Part shown: positions 1 to 8,606 of the stretch, piece by piece
Layout: each line of letters starts with the position of its first letter
Position numbering within the stretch: the stretch's first letter is position 1
Virus record (IMG/VR): IMGVR_UViG_3300029267_002792
From: a virus
Length of the DNA stretch: 64,000 bases
Reading direction: 5' to 3' (one strand)
Made by a program: the position numbers and the translations under genes
Notes under the pieces: model-generated
The model's input: only the letters and a program-made list of their open reading frames with translations
Database searches by the model: none
What the model was told of the DNA's origin: nothing

Positions 1-1032
1 CGCCTTCGAGATGTCTTCCTTCCCCTGCCACTTGTCCACACGCGTCATGCCGAAGACCATCAAGCCGTTCTGCACGACACTACGGAAGTCCGCTCGGTCG
101 AACGTGTTGTAGTCGCTGTCCTTGGCGGCCAGGAGATTGAAGGTGTGCAACACCCCGGCGAAGTTCCGGTTCGCCGTCTGCCAGAATTTCTTCACCGGAA
201 GCCCGGGGTACAGCTCATGGATCTTCGCGTTGTCGACGATGATGAGGGACGCGATCTTCCCGCTCTCCAACTTCTTCAGCGCATCGGTGATGGCTGTGTG
301 CGCATTGCGCTGGACTCGTGAGCCCTCAGAGCGCTTCGGCAGGCTCATAATCACACCGAGGTGCTTGTAGAAGGGCTTCTCGATGTTGGTGGACTTGGCG
401 TACTCACGTGCGGCGTCGAGCAGCACCGGCCACGACCCCGTACCTGATCCGCCCCCTCCGCCGACACAAATGTAGACGTGCTCCACCCCCTCGCCCCACG
501 ACCGCATCATGAGATCCATGATGTCTTCGTAGGACTCCTGGGCCGCAAGCTTCCCCTCCTCGGGGTCCTTGCCAGCACCACCACGATCGTTGCCGATGAC
601 GAGCTGATGCGGGATGGTGAGAGCTGCCATGTCCTGTGGAGTGGTGTTGCACACGCATACGCGCCGGTAGCCCATGTCGTAGAAGGCCTGAGCAATACGA
701 CCGCCTCCTTGACCCGCGCCAATGAAAGCCATCTTGATAGCTGAGCGAGTCTCCCCGCCAGCGAAGTCGTCCTCGACCTCCCGAGAACCATCGAAAGAAG
801 CTTCGTATTCGGCGCCGAAGTCTGGAATGTCGACGCCACCGCCCGCATCGTCTAGCGGATCAATGTCGGCCCCCTGGAACCGGCGCCGCATCGCGACTGC
901 GTCCACATCGCGGTTGGCTGCAACGTTCTTCGCTGCTTTCGCTGGCGAGGCCTCCCGCGGCACCGCGGGCAGCTCGTCGTAGAGGGGATCTCCGCCATCG
1001 TCAACGGGTTGACTCTTCGGTTGCTTCGCCAT
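1..1032 (-). CDS. Tubulin/FtsZ-family GTPase (PhuZ/TubZ/CetZ-like), 3' end runs off the window; ~98-aa acidic N-terminal extension
   Basis: Hand translation from ATG at 1032, open to position 1 (344 codons). Contains KMAFIGAGQGGGRIA, GGAGKDP, the tubulin signature GGGGGSGTG, IIVDN and a T7-loop-like NTFDRADF. Absent from the ORF track because there is no stop codon in the window. Confidence 0.93.
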   Translation of the reverse strand, partial: MAKQPKSQPVDDGGDPLYDELPAVPREASPAKAAKNVAANRDVDAVAMRRRFQGADIDPLDDAGGGVDIPDFGAEYEASFDGSREVEDDFAGGETRSAIKMAFIGAGQGGGRIAQAFYDMGYRRVCVCNTTPQDMAALTIPHQLVIGNDRGGAGKDPEEGKLAAQESYEDIMDLMMRSWGEGVEHVYICVGGGGGSGTGSWPVLLDAAREYAKSTNIEKPFYKHLGVIMSLPKRSEGSRVQRNAHTAITDALKKLESGKIASLIIVDNAKIHELYPGLPVKKFWQTANRNFAGVLHTFNLLAAKDSDYNTFDRADFRSVVQNGLMVFGMTRVDKWQGKEDISKA

Positions 1033-1321
1033 CGTAATCTCCTGTCATATCGGGCGCCCAGCCGATCCATAGCAAGTCTTTGCCCGTACCTTCAGACCGG
1101 GCAGCCCCCGCCTCCTCCAACCACGCCAGGCAATTCCGGAGCAGGTAGCCGTTGACACGCCGGGATCGTCTCCACGTCTCCAACTCTGTCCACGAACGCG
1201 GACGTTTTAGCAGGAACTCCAAGAGAGGGGCCGACCACTCGGCCCACACTGGGTCGCTCATCGGCGGCGTGTCCGCGTCGCTCCACACGCGCTGCTTCTG
1301 TCGCTCCATAACCCATCTCAC
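1001..1321 (-). CDS. Hypothetical protein (106 aa), possibly winged-helix
   Basis: Fills the gap between the MTase and tubulin genes with an overlapping stop/start. No diagnostic motif. Confidence 0.6.
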   Translation of the reverse strand: MRWVMERQKQRVWSDADTPPMSDPVWAEWSAPLLEFLLKRPRSWTELETWRRSRRVNGYLLRNCLAWLEEAGAARSEGTGKDLLWIGWAPDMTGDYDGEATEESTR

Positions 1322-1968
1322 CGGCCCGATTCAGAATACACAGTCGCAGCATCAGCAACTCTCTTCCGCTCCTCCACGGAAGTGAGGTCGAGCAGCTCAA
1401 TCAACCCGCGTGCTCGCGCCCGAGGCCATGGCTTCCAGACGAACCACCCGTACTCGGGAGAATCGGTCTTCCCCCAGGCCTTGAATCCCGGCCGATTCGG
1501 AAGCACGTACACATCGGGCATGTACTGGCTCATGAACCCGTGGCGCCCTTTGGACGCGATGAAGTTCACCCGGAGCAGCAACACAATGTACGAGTTTGGA
1601 AACTCCCGCAACATCTTGTGCAGCAGCTCCCAAGCAATTCGATATGGAGGGTTCGTGATGATACACACCGTCTTATCCCGAGGAGGCAACGGTGTCTCCG
1701 GGTCCAAAATGTCACCAACCGACACCGGTGCCATGGGCTCCAATCGCCTCAGCGTCTCATCCATCTCCGACCGCAGCTCGTTCAGAGCCCACGCCACGTT
1801 CGGGAGTCGCGAGTTCACGACCTGGACAATCGCACCGTCCCCAGCACACGGCTCGTACCACAGCCCGGAAGGCAACGTCACCCGATCCAGCAGCCTGTGA
1901 ACGCACCAAGGAGGCGTGGGATAGGCGTCAGCGGGAGTACGTTGACCGCCTCTTTTCGTGGACGACAT
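1318..1968 (-). CDS. Orphan SAM-dependent DNA amino-methyltransferase (N6-A/N4-C)
   Basis: DAYPTP, motif I EPCAGDGAI, motif IV IITNPPY. No cognate endonuclease nearby. Confidence 0.85.
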   Translation of the reverse strand: MSSTKRGGQRTPADAYPTPPWCVHRLLDRVTLPSGLWYEPCAGDGAIVQVVNSRLPNVAWALNELRSEMDETLRRLEPMAPVSVGDILDPETPLPPRDKTVCIITNPPYRIAWELLHKMLREFPNSYIVLLLRVNFIASKGRHGFMSQYMPDVYVLPNRPGFKAWGKTDSPEYGWFVWKPWPRARARGLIELLDLTSVEERKRVADAATVYSESGR

Positions 1969-1976
1969 GACACCCA

Positions 1977-2005
1977 GAGCTATCAGATAGGAGGGAGCTA
2001 GTCAA
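1977..2005 (-). promoter_or_regulatory. Possible sigma70-like promoter for the MTase-tubulin operon
   Basis: TTGACT-N17-TAGCTC with a TG just upstream of the -10. The palindrome CTATC-A-GATAG (1980-1990) overlaps the spacer/-10. The -10 match is weak. Confidence 0.3.
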
Positions 2006-2014
2006 GAGCAAAGA

Positions 2015-3409
2015 CTAGCTGCGAGCAACCACAGCCTTGATGCCGGGCTTGAACGTGATCGTGCGGAAGGTCCCGAACTGGTCAGGGTCGCGCTGACGGA
2101 GGCGAAAAGTGTTCTCTTTCTCATCCACCTTCGCGGCCTTGAACCCATGAGCTTTCGCCCACTTCATTGCATCCTTCCGGCTGAACCGGTCCTTGCTGAA
2201 GATGAGCGTCTGAACCTTCATAGAGCTGCGGCTCCCGCCCTCGGTGACTCGAAGCTCGAAAGGGAGGTCCATGAACGCCTGGCCCGGGTCCCGCTCCTCC
2301 AACCCGTTAGCCTTCGCGAACTCTCGGCCGAGACGAGCGATCTCATCGGGAGCGATATCTTCCAGTTCTCCGGAATCTCGATCAGCCCGATTGTGCGCGG
2401 TCACATAGCGACCGAAGTCCTCAGAGTCGATGTCAGGATGGGCCTCGCAGTACCTTGTGAAGGCGTGGCACCCGAAGTCACAATACGCATCGTAGCTCTC
2501 CAGATGAGGCCGGATGTGTCGGCGGACCCAGCCCGAACGCTTGGTCTTTCGCATGAGGGCGTCGTGCCACTTGTGGCGCTGGTGGTACATCCGATCCGTT
2601 CGCATCTTCCGGCGGTGTGCGGACGGATTGCGACGGACCATCTTGACAAAGGCGCGGTGAGCCTTGGCCTTGGCAGCTCCAAACTTCTGCCGGACCCAGT
2701 GAAGAACGGCACGGGAGTTCTCCTCCAAGTCATCACCCTCGGTGTGGATACTGCCGTCAGCGTCCGAGAGTTCCTTACGAAGCCGGGAAAGGGCGTCGGC
2801 GATCCGTTGGATATCCTCCCGTCGGAATTCGCCACCAATGAACCGGCGTCCCAGGGCGAGTGCCCCGCGCGCGCTGGCGTCGGGCTCATCCTTCAATGCC
2901 TGATCGATTATCTTGAGCTTCTGCGACTTCGACAGCTTCTCCCACTCAGCATCCGAAACACCCAGGATCTTCCTCAGACGACCCGGACGCTTGACAGCTC
3001 CCTGAATCCAGAATTTGGACTCCTCGGCGTGCCCCTCCAACTGCAGGTGCGCAGCAGCCTGGATGTAAGGCCTCAGAGCGGGACCGGCCAGGCGCCCATG
3101 ACGGGTAGCCCGACTCGCTGGAACCCGCTGAAGGTCCATCCTGATGCCAGGCATCACCGGTTCCAGCCGGTTGGACCGATCCTCGTCCCGGTAGAGCCTC
3201 AACCCCGGGTCCTTCTGGAGGGCCTTGTCGTAGACCGTGAGGCAGAGAAGATCCTTCCCTCGTTTCCCCTCCTCTTTGCCCACCACGACCCCGTACATAC
3301 GGCCAGTCGGCGTGCGCCAGCCAACCATTGAACCGAACGGGGCGCTGGCGGCGGACTCAGATAGCCGCTGCCGCGGCGTCTCGAACGCTCTTCGGGATTT
3401 GGTCGCCAT
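2015..3409 (-). CDS. Putative head-associated multidomain protein (~464 aa, start uncertain)
   Basis: GGAGG lies 6 nt before the ATG at 3409. The C-terminal VQTLIFSKDRF..WAKAHGF..VDEKENTFRLRQRDP module resembles domains I recall from phage head proteins. Carries LSES and LEEN motifs. Confidence 0.6.
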   Translation of the reverse strand: MATKSRRAFETPRQRLSESAASAPFGSMVGWRTPTGRMYGVVVGKEEGKRGKDLLCLTVYDKALQKDPGLRLYRDEDRSNRLEPVMPGIRMDLQRVPASRATRHGRLAGPALRPYIQAAAHLQLEGHAEESKFWIQGAVKRPGRLRKILGVSDAEWEKLSKSQKLKIIDQALKDEPDASARGALALGRRFIGGEFRREDIQRIADALSRLRKELSDADGSIHTEGDDLEENSRAVLHWVRQKFGAAKAKAHRAFVKMVRRNPSAHRRKMRTDRMYHQRHKWHDALMRKTKRSGWVRRHIRPHLESYDAYCDFGCHAFTRYCEAHPDIDSEDFGRYVTAHNRADRDSGELEDIAPDEIARLGREFAKANGLEERDPGQAFMDLPFELRVTEGGSRSSMKVQTLIFSKDRFSRKDAMKWAKAHGFKAAKVDEKENTFRLRQRDPDQFGTFRTITFKPGIKAVVARS

Positions 3410-3770
3410 TGGCATCCTCCAGCAGGTAGCAGATGTGGTTTGCATCGATATAACCGACGTACTCCTCATCTCCACCATACTCATCGGTCTGCGTGGGCTC
3501 CAGCTTCGCCCACCACGCAAACTCCAGTCGCTTGAACGCGACGATGTCGCCCGGCTTCAGCTCCCGAGCGACACCCTTGGGACCGGCACTGAGAATGATC
3601 GCATAGACCGTTCTCAGGTGGGGCAGCTCGCCATGGAAACTGGCCATCTTCGGGGGGAGCCAGATGCTCCCGATCTTCCGAGGGCGCGGCAACGTCCGCA
3701 CCCACGCACGGTACCCGGTCGCTCGGACCTTGTACCCCAACTCTTTCCACGTCTGCTCAACCACGTCCAT
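3357..3770 (-). CDS. GroES/cpn10-like co-chaperonin
   Basis: VRATGYRAWVR..IGSIWLP..IILSAGP..LKPGDIVAF follows the cpn10 pattern; 137 aa. Confidence 0.65.
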   Translation of the reverse strand: MDVVEQTWKELGYKVRATGYRAWVRTLPRPRKIGSIWLPPKMASFHGELPHLRTVYAIILSAGPKGVARELKPGDIVAFKRLEFAWWAKLEPTQTDEYGGDEEYVGYIDANHICYLLEDANGDQIPKSVRDAAAAAI

Positions 3771-3797
3771 CGTCCGTCACCCCTCACTGTCGTCTGA

Positions 3798-5867
3798 TTA
3801 TCTGTAGTGGACGGTCAGGGTATTACCCTTCACCCGCACACTCTGAACTCGCTTCCTCGGGTCGCCCGTGCGGCTGTACTTGCCGTACTTGTTGATCGAG
3901 TTGGCTGCCGCCGAAGCTGCATTGTAGGCAGCATCGACTTCCTTGCCCCCCTTGTCCGGGAAGTACGCGATATCGACCTTACCCTTGTCTGTATCGGCGT
4001 AGACAACGTAGCCGCGCTGGGTACCCTCAACACCGGCCTTCCCCTTGATTTTGTAGGTTTTCACCTTGTCAAAGGGGTCTTCCTTCCGAGTCGGCACACC
4101 ACTAACAAAGCTCGACGCCTCCGCCAAGCGGCGTCGGGGCAACGGGTCGATGCCCGACATTGTCCGGAACTGCCCCACGCTCTCGGCCAGGACAGTACGC
4201 CCCAGCAAAACAGGCCCATCTGACCGCTCGCAGCTTTCCGAGACCGACTTGACGCTATTTGTGGGGTGGCGGAAATGACCTTGTCCGTGATACCCGGAAT
4301 ACGCCTTCACGAGCCCCAGATCGTGGGCTCGGTTCAGATGCTTGGTGGCTGTCCCATTCCAGTGGGCGACGGCTGTCTGGTAGCCAACCTTGTAGTCTGC
4401 GCTACGGCCAGACACAGCCTTTTTCACCCCGCGCTCGACATCCTCGACAGGGAGATCCGATATCCGTTTCATGGCAGCTACCCAACCCGCTGCAAACTCC
4501 CGGTCTGGCTCGGTCTTGGCCGTGTAATACGCGGACTCGTCCATGCCTTCTTGCTTGGACTTCACATACCATATCCCTGACATGTGGCCCAGCACACCCA
4601 TCTGGCGCATCCACGCTAGCAGAGCCTCGGTCTTGTAGATCTGCCCGGCACCTTCGTTGCCGAACAGCGCGGTATTGACCGTCTGAGAGGTTTTCCCGCC
4701 CTTCTGGAGAATACCCGGGATCTTCTTGGCCATCTGCTTGTAGTTCGGCAGCATCTTCTTGAGGGTCACCTCGAACCGAGCAGCTTCGTCGAGGTCATCC
4801 CCTTCAGGCTCAACACCTTCGGAGGTGTAGACTGGCTTTCCGCCCTTCAGAATGCGGTACTTCAGGGGCTCGCCGTGTTTGCGATCCATCTTCTGGAAGG
4901 TGGCGATCATCTTCTTCGCCCCGGCCAACGTCCGATCCGCCGCGCCCATCCGGCCTTGCGTGCCCGGCATGGACATATCAACAAAGCTCTTTCCCCCGGG
5001 AGGCTGGACCTGGATCTTGAAGGGCTTCTGCCCCTGGTAGAGGTCGTAGTCGCTCTCGTCCAGAGCGTTCTCGTCCTCCACGACACGCATCCGCTCGTAC
5101 CCAGTCCCGGTCTTTCGCATCACACCATGACCCTTTGCAAGGAACGACGCCTTCTTGGCCACCCGCAGCGACGGCACCTTGGTAGGCTCGTAGTGATGGA
5201 TCGCGTAATTGAGGTAGTTCTGAAACTCCCGGTACGCAGCCTCGGGAGAGGTCTCCTTCGCGAACTGAATCACCTTCCGGCCCTTGTACAGGTACGTAGT
5301 GATGCTGCCGCTCCGGTGCCACTGTCCGGTGATCTTGTAGTCACCGATCTTGACCTCGTCACCGTGAGTGAGCGTGACCTGTCCTGCCTCCTGCCGGCGT
5401 TTCAACCAGGTGGGCAGCGACTTGTAGAGCGCACCCATCACAGTCGTCGAATTGTTCATGTCCGAAGGCTTGAGCCCCTTGATCGAGTAAGCTTGAGTCG
5501 CGGCTTCCTGTTGCTTCTCATCCTCGGTCTCGATGCCCTCCTTCTCTTCCAGGCTCGGCAGCGTCGGCCGGATGCCAGCAAGCTTCTGAAAATGGGTCAT
5601 GTGATCTCGAGCCATGTCTTCCTCCCTCGCCTCCACGAGCCGGTGGAGGTGCTCATGCGAAGTCGTCTCGTGATGGCGCCGCGCTTCTCGTACTTGCTTC
5701 ACGATGCTCTCCTTGCCGGGATGCCCCTTCGCGTGCTTGGCCGCGAGCTTCACATCCTCGTCGGTCAGCTGATGAAACTCGACGACCCCTGAGCGCTTGA
5801 GCCTCGTGTCGCCATTGTAGATCGCCCACGCCGTGTAGACGCGCTTGTATGCTTTCTCCGGAGTCAT
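3798..5867 (-). CDS. Large modular hypothetical protein (689 aa), candidate internal head/ejected protein
   Basis: Basic domains separated by acidic linkers: LDES, LDEA, MDES, LAES, LAEA. Two K/R-x-(L/M)-(A/S)-G-I motifs. Confidence 0.7.
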   Translation of the reverse strand: MTPEKAYKRVYTAWAIYNGDTRLKRSGVVEFHQLTDEDVKLAAKHAKGHPGKESIVKQVREARRHHETTSHEHLHRLVEAREEDMARDHMTHFQKLAGIRPTLPSLEEKEGIETEDEKQQEAATQAYSIKGLKPSDMNNSTTVMGALYKSLPTWLKRRQEAGQVTLTHGDEVKIGDYKITGQWHRSGSITTYLYKGRKVIQFAKETSPEAAYREFQNYLNYAIHHYEPTKVPSLRVAKKASFLAKGHGVMRKTGTGYERMRVVEDENALDESDYDLYQGQKPFKIQVQPPGGKSFVDMSMPGTQGRMGAADRTLAGAKKMIATFQKMDRKHGEPLKYRILKGGKPVYTSEGVEPEGDDLDEAARFEVTLKKMLPNYKQMAKKIPGILQKGGKTSQTVNTALFGNEGAGQIYKTEALLAWMRQMGVLGHMSGIWYVKSKQEGMDESAYYTAKTEPDREFAAGWVAAMKRISDLPVEDVERGVKKAVSGRSADYKVGYQTAVAHWNGTATKHLNRAHDLGLVKAYSGYHGQGHFRHPTNSVKSVSESCERSDGPVLLGRTVLAESVGQFRTMSGIDPLPRRRLAEASSFVSGVPTRKEDPFDKVKTYKIKGKAGVEGTQRGYVVYADTDKGKVDIAYFPDKGGKEVDAAYNAASAAANSINKYGKYSRTGDPRKRVQSVRVKGNTLTVHYR

Positions 5868-7840
5868 CAGCCCTTCCTCGTGTAGACCGAGTATCTCACT
5901 CCGTCAATGTTGATGGTCATGCGATTGTCGTGCACGCGCCGAGCCTGCATGGTCGACCAGTCCGACCCCAGCATCTGCAACAAGGAATCGGGAATCTCCT
6001 GCCGAGTTCGGTCCGGACGCTCCACGCTTCCCCGAGAGTCCTGACCCCGACGATTCACGCCCTTGCCAGTTGAGCGCTTGATGGGCTTTCCGGCCTTGAC
6101 CCCCTGCATATCGCTACTCGTGCGCTTCCGGAATAGCGCACCGCGGGGAGTGTCCCTGCGTCCAATGGACGCACGTGGGGGTGACTCTGCCGGAGCCTCG
6201 GCCAGCGCGCTCTCTGCGCGACGAGGGTCCGCCTGCAGACCGAAGTAAGCGCCCGGAGGTGCCTCCTCCACGAAGTCGAGAGCGGGGCGCAGAGCCTGCT
6301 CCATGCGCCCGCGAGGGGCAATCGGCCCTTGCTCGACCTGTTTCACGTCGCACACGGAGTCGTTCTGCGAGGCTATCTGGTTGCGCGCCTTGCGCTCGTG
6401 TGCCTTGCAGACGGGGATGTAGGCCCGACCGTCTGCCCAGATGAGGCTGACTGCGGCGGGTTCGTCACAGTATTTGCACTTCTGAGCTTTCGTGGCCGTG
6501 CCCTCTTCCAGCGACTCTGTGCGCGGCCGGTGCCCAGTCATGAACTGCCGGAAGCGATCGTGCTGGTCCTTGGTGAGCTTCTGCTTCATCACGTAGAACA
6601 TGAAGACCTCGGCAAAGTCCTCAGCTGGGCTCACACCCCCGTACTCGGACACAGCCGGAACGTCACCGAACCACTTCGAGAAGTTGGCCCGGTCCTGCCT
6701 GGTCATGTGTTTGTACCAGTACCGATGGCCGATCTCGTGGATCGCCAGACCTGGAATATCGTGCACCTTCAGGCTGCCGTAGAGGTGGATCTTGTCCCCC
6801 TTGCGGTAATACCTGCCACCAACACCGAAATGGGCACCGTGCTGGTTCGTGCCTGCCCGTTCTTTCGGCTCCACAATGAAGTGCCCGCGGAAGAGCTTGC
6901 CGAGGCGGACTGCCCGCAGCATCCCCTGGGCCTGTTTGAGCCCATCGACGAATTCTGCTCGCCGCCGAGGGTGCATGTATCCGCCGCCGTACTTCGTCCT
7001 CGACGTCAGCTTCGTCTCAGAGCCTCCCGACTTCGTATAGCTATGCGAGCCTACCTTTCGCGGTGAGATGATGCTATGTGGCTCATCCCCGATGCGCGGC
7101 ATGTCCTGGAAGACAACCGTCGCCTTGCCAAGGTGCACCACTTCAGGCTCGTGCTCGCCCCAATCGATGGGAACCTGCTTCTTCACATAGCGCTTCTTGC
7201 TCCGCCACTTCTCGCTCCCCGTGGTCGGGTACTCCATGGAGTAGGAGTATGACGTGGCGAGGATCTTCGTCAGATGCCGAAGGAGACGACCAGAGATTGC
7301 CTTGTCCGCCTCCTCGACGGCATTGTCTACGTTGACGCCGATACCGTTGAGATACCAGTCGAACTTCTCCTTGTCGTTCTGGAGCCGCTTGTACCAGTAC
7401 CCGGTGTGACCGAAGCGGTCGACCTCCTGCGCGTCGGTCTTGGCTCCCGTGACACGCATGATCCCGTCATCGATCGCCTCCTCGGCAGCGTCCAGCTCGT
7501 CGATGACCTTGGTCTTGTAGCGCCGGATCATGCTGACTTCTTTCTTCCCCTGCGCCTCAGAGGGAAGATCCCAGAAGCCCTTGTTCAGGAGAAGGTCGTC
7601 ACGGAGCCGACCGATGTAGCGCTTGACGTTCTGGAGTGCTGCCTCACCGCCCTCCGAGGCATCGTAGATGTACTGGAAGTCAATCTTCGGGGCCTTTGAC
7701 CGGCGCCCCCTGAATTTTCTGGTCTGCTTCGCCAGCGCCTTCCATCCAGCCCGCACACCCTTGATCCATTGGTCGTCTATCGTGCCCTCTGCAAGAGCCT
7801 GCAGACCAACACGCTGAGCCTCTGTGAAGATAGCCTCCAT
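5867..7840 (-). CDS. Zincin-like metallopeptidase domain protein (657 aa) with a CxxC..CxxH module
   Basis: AIHEIGHRY (HExxH) followed by VSEYG..PAEDFAEVF. After the ESLEEG linker comes CKYC...CKAH. Confidence 0.75.
   Translation of the reverse strand: MEAIFTEAQRVGLQALAEGTIDDQWIKGVRAGWKALAKQTRKFRGRRSKAPKIDFQYIYDASEGGEAALQNVKRYIGRLRDDLLLNKGFWDLPSEAQGKKEVSMIRRYKTKVIDELDAAEEAIDDGIMRVTGAKTDAQEVDRFGHTGYWYKRLQNDKEKFDWYLNGIGVNVDNAVEEADKAISGRLLRHLTKILATSYSYSMEYPTTGSEKWRSKKRYVKKQVPIDWGEHEPEVVHLGKATVVFQDMPRIGDEPHSIISPRKVGSHSYTKSGGSETKLTSRTKYGGGYMHPRRRAEFVDGLKQAQGMLRAVRLGKLFRGHFIVEPKERAGTNQHGAHFGVGGRYYRKGDKIHLYGSLKVHDIPGLAIHEIGHRYWYKHMTRQDRANFSKWFGDVPAVSEYGGVSPAEDFAEVFMFYVMKQKLTKDQHDRFRQFMTGHRPRTESLEEGTATKAQKCKYCDEPAAVSLIWADGRAYIPVCKAHERKARNQIASQNDSVCDVKQVEQGPIAPRGRMEQALRPALDFVEEAPPGAYFGLQADPRRAESALAEAPAESPPRASIGRRDTPRGALFRKRTSSDMQGVKAGKPIKRSTGKGVNRRGQDSRGSVERPDRTRQEIPDSLLQMLGSDWSTMQARRVHDNRMTINIDGVRYSVYTRKG
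6158..6172. promoter_or_regulatory. Palindromic operator-like site GCGTCCAATGGACGC (intragenic copy)
   Basis: Perfect 7-1-7 palindrome (8-bp arms at 6157-6173). Matches the intergenic copies at 29861 and 61618. Confidence 0.5.
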
Positions 7841-7843
7841 GGA

Positions 7844-8398
7844 TTACTCCGATACCTGATTCACCGCGAACGTAATCGCAACCGTCACAGCCGCCCCGAC
7901 TACAACCCCAACCGCTGTCAAGATCGTACCATCGTGTCTTTCCCACCAGCTGGGCTGGAGCCTCGAAATCTCCTCACGGTCGGCCGCTACCTGTGCTTCG
8001 TATAGGTCGCGGTGAGCTGCCCACACACGGCGGTCCGACTCGTAGGTTCGACGCAGCTCCGTGTAGCGGATGCGGTAGATGGCATCACGATTCGCCCGAG
8101 ACTCCGACACGAAAATACCAGAATGCTCGGGACAGGGTCCGGGAACGACCTGAGGCTCGTCCGATGCTGGAAGCTCAAAACCGGCCTCGGGAATGCACTC
8201 CCCACGGTCCACTGGCATGACGTACCCTTCGGGCAGGTCCAGCGGAGTGTCCGCGGGCAGAGGCTCCGATCTTGCGTCGACAGGTAGCGCTCGCGACTCC
8301 GGGCGACGATCCTCCGCCACCAGCGGGTGAAGATCGGGGCGCTGGGCTCCACCACAACCAACCACACCAAGAACAAAGATGGCTAAGAACCTTCGCAC
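7844..8398 (-). CDS. Lipoprotein with C-terminal transmembrane helix (spanin-like)
   Basis: MRRFLAIFVLGVVG-C lipobox, a helical charged segment, and a C-terminal hydrophobic ILTAVGVVVGAAVTVAITFAV. Confidence 0.65.
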   Translation of the reverse strand: MRRFLAIFVLGVVGCGGAQRPDLHPLVAEDRRPESRALPVDARSEPLPADTPLDLPEGYVMPVDRGECIPEAGFELPASDEPQVVPGPCPEHSGIFVSESRANRDAIYRIRYTELRRTYESDRRVWAAHRDLYEAQVAADREEISRLQPSWWERHDGTILTAVGVVVGAAVTVAITFAVNQVSE

Positions 8399-8403
8399 GC
8401 CTC

Positions 8404-8604
8404 TTACTCCTCCAGGTAGGCCTCAAACCGAAGCCAGCGGTTCATGCGTTCCTTGCGCTCGTCGCAGTCGTCGCAGTGCTCGATCCCGAGCGCTTCGGTC
8501 GCCTTTCGCACAACGTCCCCGGCACCGATCGACTTCTTCAGGCCGGGGACCTTCAGACGGAGACGGGCCTTGACCGCCTCCAGGTGTTCCTCGCGGTCCC
8601 CCAT
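8404..8604 (-). CDS. Small CxxC protein (66 aa)
   Basis: GDVVRKATEALGIEHCDDCDERKERMN, a pattern I recall from small phage proteins. Fits the operon spacing. Confidence 0.65.
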   Translation of the reverse strand: MGDREEHLEAVKARLRLKVPGLKKSIGAGDVVRKATEALGIEHCDDCDERKERMNRWLRFEAYLEE

Positions 8605-8606
8605 CC

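Noticed and set aside
1543-1557. GCGCCCTTTGGACGC, 13/15 match to the operator inside the MTase gene
   Set aside because: Mismatches break the symmetry in one arm, it is intragenic and far from any start, and such matches are plausible by chance.
2147-6444. Long plus-strand ORFs (e.g. 2147-3331, 4875-5792) and similar ones across the window
   Set aside because: Antisense shadows of real minus-strand genes in GC-rich DNA, with no recognisable motifs or Shine-Dalgarno sites.
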